NCBI GenBank assembly: GCA_038214255.1
Contig: JBBQRZ010000014.1
Span: 4,843 to 68,842, forward strand
From: Candidatus Limnocylindrales bacterium
GTDB lineage: Bacteria > Chloroflexota > Limnocylindria > Limnocylindrales > CSP1-4
Length of the DNA: 64,000 nt
Direction of reading: 5' to 3'
The position numbers were made by a program, and so were the translations under genes. The notes under the pieces are model-generated. The model was not told where the DNA came from. It was given only the letters and a program-made list of their open reading frames with translations, and ran no database searches. This document shows positions 60,197 through 64,000 of the stretch, in pieces (position 1 is the first letter of the stretch; each line of letters begins with the position of its first letter).

Positions 60197-61554
60197 GGCG
60201 GGTCCCCCGTCGTCGGCCGGGCGGCGAGGTTGGCGTCCGATCGCTGGCCGAGGCGACCGGGACGTGGAACGGTGGCGGGCCGAGCCTCCCCGGCGCCGTC
60301 GATGCGTTCGAGGATCGCCCGGGCGTTCGTCGTCAGGTCGAAGTCGCGCTCGATCCGCGCCCGGGCGGCGGTTCCCATCCGGGCGCGCAGGTTCGGGTCC
60401 TCGACGAGGCGGCGGATGGCGGCCGCGAGGGCGCTCGCGTTGCCCGGGGGCACCAGGAGACCCGAGACCTCGTCGTCGACGAGCTCGGGGATGCCGGACA
60501 GGCGGCTGGCCACGACGGGCAGGCCACAGCTCATCGCCTCCATGAGGACGACCGGGATGCCCTCGCGCTTGCCGTTGCTTGCGACGACGCTCGGGGCCAC
60601 GAGCAGATCCGCCTCGCCGAGCGTTTCGATGACCTGCGCCCGGTTCAGGCGACCGTCGAGGGAGACCGTGCCGTTCAGGCCGGCCGCCGCGATCCGATCG
60701 GCGAGCATCGCCTCGTCCTCGCCCTCGCCGACGATCCGCACACGGACCTCGACGCCGGCGTCGCGCAGCTGGCGGCAGGCGTCGACGAGCACGGCCTGGC
60801 CCTTGACCTCGTGGAGCGTGCCGATGCAGAGGATCGTGAACGGCCGATCGGGATCGCCCGGCGCCGTCCGCGGTCGCAGGCGCGCGGTGTCGACGCCACA
60901 GTGGATGACCTCCACGCGTTCGCGGGCCCAGTCGCCGCACTCGGCGACGATCTCCTCGAGGTTATCGCGCGAGATGGCGACGACAAAGGCGGCCTCGGCG
61001 ACCTTGCGATCGAGCATGTGGCGGTCGATGTGGAGGTCCGAGCCGTGCGCGACGAAGCTGTACGGGATGCCCGTCAGGCGGTGGATGACGAATCCCGCCG
61101 CGGCCGGATGGTTCGCGAAATGGCAGTGCACGTGGCGGACGCCCTGGGCCTCCATCTGCAGGGCCATGTGCACGACCTTGGGGAAGATCGCCAGACCGCC
61201 GAAGAAATAGTTCGCGCTCCCCAACGTCCCGCGGAGGAGCGCGCCGAGCGCTCCCAGGTACGCGCGCGGCCGATCCCGGAGGGCGCGCACCTGGCTGGCC
61301 ACGATCGCGCTCGACAGGAACGGCTCGTAGTGGGCGCGGTTGGCCAGCTCGATGGCCTCGGGATGGCTCACTGGCTCGGTGTGATGCAGGAGCGGGTAGA
61401 GCTCGACCGGCTGGCCGGCCGCCTCGACGGCGAGCAGCTCGTAGAGGATGAACGTCTCGGTCAGCTTCGGGAACCGTGACATCACGTACGCGACCGGCGC
61501 TGGGGTCGCGCCCCCCACTGCGGAACCGCCCACCGTGCCCCCCACCCCGCTCAC
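60193..61554 (-). CDS. Glycosyltransferase family 4 (WcaL-like)
   Basis: SRFPKLTETFI, HCHFA, HGSD, KG, EGIPVVLMEAM. Confidence 0.9.
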   Translation of the reverse strand: MSGVGGTVGGSAVGGATPAPVAYVMSRFPKLTETFILYELLAVEAAGQPVELYPLLHHTEPVSHPEAIELANRAHYEPFLSSAIVASQVRALRDRPRAYLGALGALLRGTLGSANYFFGGLAIFPKVVHMALQMEAQGVRHVHCHFANHPAAAGFVIHRLTGIPYSFVAHGSDLHIDRHMLDRKVAEAAFVVAISRDNLEEIVAECGDWARERVEVIHCGVDTARLRPRTAPGDPDRPFTILCIGTLHEVKGQAVLVDACRQLRDAGVEVRVRIVGEGEDEAMLADRIAAAGLNGTVSLDGRLNRAQVIETLGEADLLVAPSVVASNGKREGIPVVLMEAMSCGLPVVASRLSGIPELVDDEVSGLLVPPGNASALAAAIRRLVEDPNLRARMGTAARARIERDFDLTTNARAILERIDGAGEARPATVPRPGRLGQRSDANLAARPTTGDPP

Positions 61555-62564
61555 GCCACGGCCCGCGGCACGGCTGCGGGTCGTGGGCCGTATCCGTCCG
61601 GATGTCGCTCGTGCCAGGCCCACGCCGAGGCAACGATCGCTTCGAGGTCGAAGCGTGGGACCCAGCCCAGGAGCTCGCGGGCCGATCGGCCGTCGGCCCA
61701 GATGGCCGCGGGGTCTCCGGGACGGCGCGGCCTGTCGCGGGCCTCGATCGCCCGCCCGGTCGTGGCCCGTGCCGTCTCGATCACCTCGCGGACCGAGGCG
61801 CCGCGACCCGACCCGAGGTTCACGGTCGCGCTGCTGCCGCCGTCGGACAGGTGATCGATCGCGCGGGCGTGGGCGTCGGCGAGGTCGAGCACATGGACGT
61901 AGTCGCGGATCGCCGTCCCGTCGGGGGTGGGGTAGTCGGTCCCGTAGACGTCGACCGCGGCGCGACGCCGCGCGGCGACCTGCAGGACGACGGGAACGAG
62001 GTTCTCGGCTCTATCCCAGTCCTCGCCGTTGGATCCGTCGAGCGCGGCCCCCGCCGCGTTGAAGTAGCGCAGCGCGATCGTCCGCAGACCACTCGATCCC
62101 TCGAACCACGGCGCCATGCGCTCGACGAGCAGCTTGCTCTCGCCGTACGGGTTCTCCGGTCGGAGGGCGCTCGCCTCGTCGACCGGCAAGGCGTCGGGCG
62201 TCCCGTAGACCGCACACGTGCTCGAGAGCACGAGCTGCTTCACCCCGGCGTCGGTCATCGCGCGCATCAGGGCGAGGCTGCCCGCGACGTTCGCCTCGAA
62301 ATAGCCGCCCGGGTCGCCGATCGACTCGATAACGGACTTGCGCGCCGCGAAGTGGATGACCGCCTCGGTATGCCGCTCGGTCAGGAGCTCCGCGACCAGA
62401 CCTCGGTCGCCGGCATCGCCGACGACGAGCTCGGCTCCCGGGATCGCCGCGGGATGTCCGTGCTCGAGCGTGTCGAGCACGACGACCTCGTCGCCGCGTG
62501 CGCGCAGGACCGCGACCGTGTGCGAGCCGATGTAGCCGGCGCCGCCAGTGACGAGGACGCGCAC
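61551..62564 (-). CDS. galE: UDP-glucose 4-epimerase
   Basis: VLVTGGAGYIGSH, HFAA, SSTCAVYG, YGESK, LRYFN, DGTAIRDYVHV. Confidence 0.94.
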   Translation of the reverse strand: MRVLVTGGAGYIGSHTVAVLRARGDEVVVLDTLEHGHPAAIPGAELVVGDAGDRGLVAELLTERHTEAVIHFAARKSVIESIGDPGGYFEANVAGSLALMRAMTDAGVKQLVLSSTCAVYGTPDALPVDEASALRPENPYGESKLLVERMAPWFEGSSGLRTIALRYFNAAGAALDGSNGEDWDRAENLVPVVLQVAARRRAAVDVYGTDYPTPDGTAIRDYVHVLDLADAHARAIDHLSDGGSSATVNLGSGRGASVREVIETARATTGRAIEARDRPRRPGDPAAIWADGRSARELLGWVPRFDLEAIVASAWAWHERHPDGYGPRPAAVPRAVA

Positions 62565-62568
62565 GCCG

Positions 62569-63999
62569 TCAGTCGCGATTGCGGCCCGTCCGACGGACCG
62601 GTCGAGCGTGGGATTCGCCGGAGGGACGGACTTCGACCACCTCCGGGAGGCGTTCCGCCATCCGCTGGCTTCGTGGCGGGCGGACGAGCGACGCATCCTG
62701 CGCCGCCGTCACCGGTGCGGCACGGAGATCGCTCGTGGACGGTGGCGTGGACGATTCGCGCCGGAAGCGGCCGCCGGCCCGAGCATCGAGGACGACGCCC
62801 AGGACGGTCGTGCCGACGAGGGTCAGGCTCTCGACGGCATGCGCGAGGGCATCTCGTTTGGTCTGGTCACGCCGGACGACGACGACCGACGCATCGGTGG
62901 CGCGAGCGTAGACGAGGGCCTCGGCCGATCCGAGGGTCGGCGGTCCCGCGACGACGACGAGATCGTGGTCCGCGAGGAGCCGCTCGAGGACGCGCCCGAC
63001 GGCGATGTCGTCGAGCACTTCGAGGGAGCTGCGCCCGACCGGGACAACATGGAGATCCGGTCCGTGGGCGACGATGACGTCAGCGAGGTCCGCCTGGCCG
63101 CGAACGACATCGGAGAGCCCGAGCCGGTCGTCGAGCCCGAGCAGGCCCGTCGCCTCGCCGTCGATGTCGTCACCGTCCACGAGCACCGTCCGCCGACCGC
63201 TCGTGGCGAGCGCGGCAGCGAGGTTGGCGGCCGTTTCGCCCGTGCCGTCGCCCGACTGCGCTCCGACGAGCAGGAGGCTCCGGACGGGTGTGTCGGTGTC
63301 CGCGAAGGCCACCTTCGTCGCCACGATGCGGTAGGACGAGGACATCCGCGACGCTGGTAACTGCTCGACCATGAGACCGCGCCCAGCCCTCGACGAGCGA
63401 TGGCCCTCGATCTGGCCGAGGAATGGCACCGGCACGAGCCGGATGACATCGTCGCGCGAACGCACGGTGCCGCCGATGTATTCGATGAGGACGACGACCA
63501 CGAGCGCGCTCAGGAATCCGGCCAGGGCGGTCAGGATCGCGATCAACGAGACCTGCGGCGCGACCGGGGTCGTCGGAAGGGCAGCGAACTCCGTGATTTG
63601 GAGCGACGCCTCTGGACGTGCCGTGCCCTGCGCGACGAGGGTGGTCAGCAGGCCGGCGAGCGTGTTGGCGAGCCTCTGGGCCGTCTCGGGAGTGCCGTTC
63701 TGGACGCGGATCACGAGGATCCGGGTGGTGTCGTTCGCCGTCACGCGGGTCGCCACGCGCAGGTCGTTGGGCTTGAGATTGACCTGCGCCTCTTGGATAG
63801 CGGCCTCGAGGCGTGGCTGGGCCACCGCGAGCTCGGCATACGTCAAGGAGAGCTGGCCCGACGCCCGGAGCGTGTTGAGGTCGCCCCCGACCGGCCCGAC
63901 GAGCATCGTCGTATGGGCTTCGTAGGTGGCGGGGATCCGGGTGGCCACGAGGTAGCCGGCGAGACCGGCGATCCAGGTGGCGACGAGGAGAGTCCACCA
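62569..63999 (-). CDS. Polysaccharide co-polymerase (Wzz/CapA) fused to a degenerate BY-kinase-like domain; 5' end outside window
   Basis: TM - extracytoplasmic loop - TM, then a CapB-like fold with VLVDGD. Walker A reads GDGTG and Walker B reads VVVAGPP. Confidence 0.8.
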   Translation of the reverse strand, partial: WWTLLVATWIAGLAGYLVATRIPATYEAHTTMLVGPVGGDLNTLRASGQLSLTYAELAVAQPRLEAAIQEAQVNLKPNDLRVATRVTANDTTRILVIRVQNGTPETAQRLANTLAGLLTTLVAQGTARPEASLQITEFAALPTTPVAPQVSLIAILTALAGFLSALVVVVLIEYIGGTVRSRDDVIRLVPVPFLGQIEGHRSSRAGRGLMVEQLPASRMSSSYRIVATKVAFADTDTPVRSLLLVGAQSGDGTGETAANLAAALATSGRRTVLVDGDDIDGEATGLLGLDDRLGLSDVVRGQADLADVIVAHGPDLHVVPVGRSSLEVLDDIAVGRVLERLLADHDLVVVAGPPTLGSAEALVYARATDASVVVVRRDQTKRDALAHAVESLTLVGTTVLGVVLDARAGGRFRRESSTPPSTSDLRAAPVTAAQDASLVRPPRSQRMAERLPEVVEVRPSGESHARPVRRTGRNRD

Positions 64000-64000
64000 C

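Overview
High-GC bacterial chromosomal window, gene-dense, with no rRNA, tRNA, CRISPR array or mobile element visible. Gene content suggests a soil or freshwater Chloroflexota-like (possibly Limnocylindria/Ellin6529) or actinobacterial organism; this is inference. Most genes are housekeeping or metabolic: ECF sigma plus anti-sigma, hmgA, a CBS-flanked korAB operon, copA, tandem fabF plus fabD, ilvD, leuCD, an ilvBNC-leuA-leuB-cimA operon behind a Leu-codon attenuator, pheA, ppk2, an acyl-CoA catabolic cluster, and part of an exopolysaccharide locus at the right edge. The best candidate for an undescribed system is at ~13.1-17.7 kb. There, a translationally coupled Crp/Fnr - GAF - minimal cytoplasmic S8 protease operon converges on a 71-aa peptide with two DVEGH motifs. 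That peptide lies downstream of an MFS transporter fused to a cNMP-binding domain, and a CooA-type TGTCA-N6-(A)GACA box sits upstream of the peptide gene. Together these suggest a cyclic-nucleotide-controlled peptide processing and export module. Other notable items: CopA with a C-terminal blue-copper domain and a CsoR-like operator, an unusually long ilv leader peptide, a stand-alone LeuA regulatory domain, a BY-kinase-like pseudokinase, and many apparently leaderless genes. Several lesions (two 1-nt frameshifts, an early TAG, clustered substitutions) suggest local sequence errors, so apparent pseudogenes should be treated with caution.
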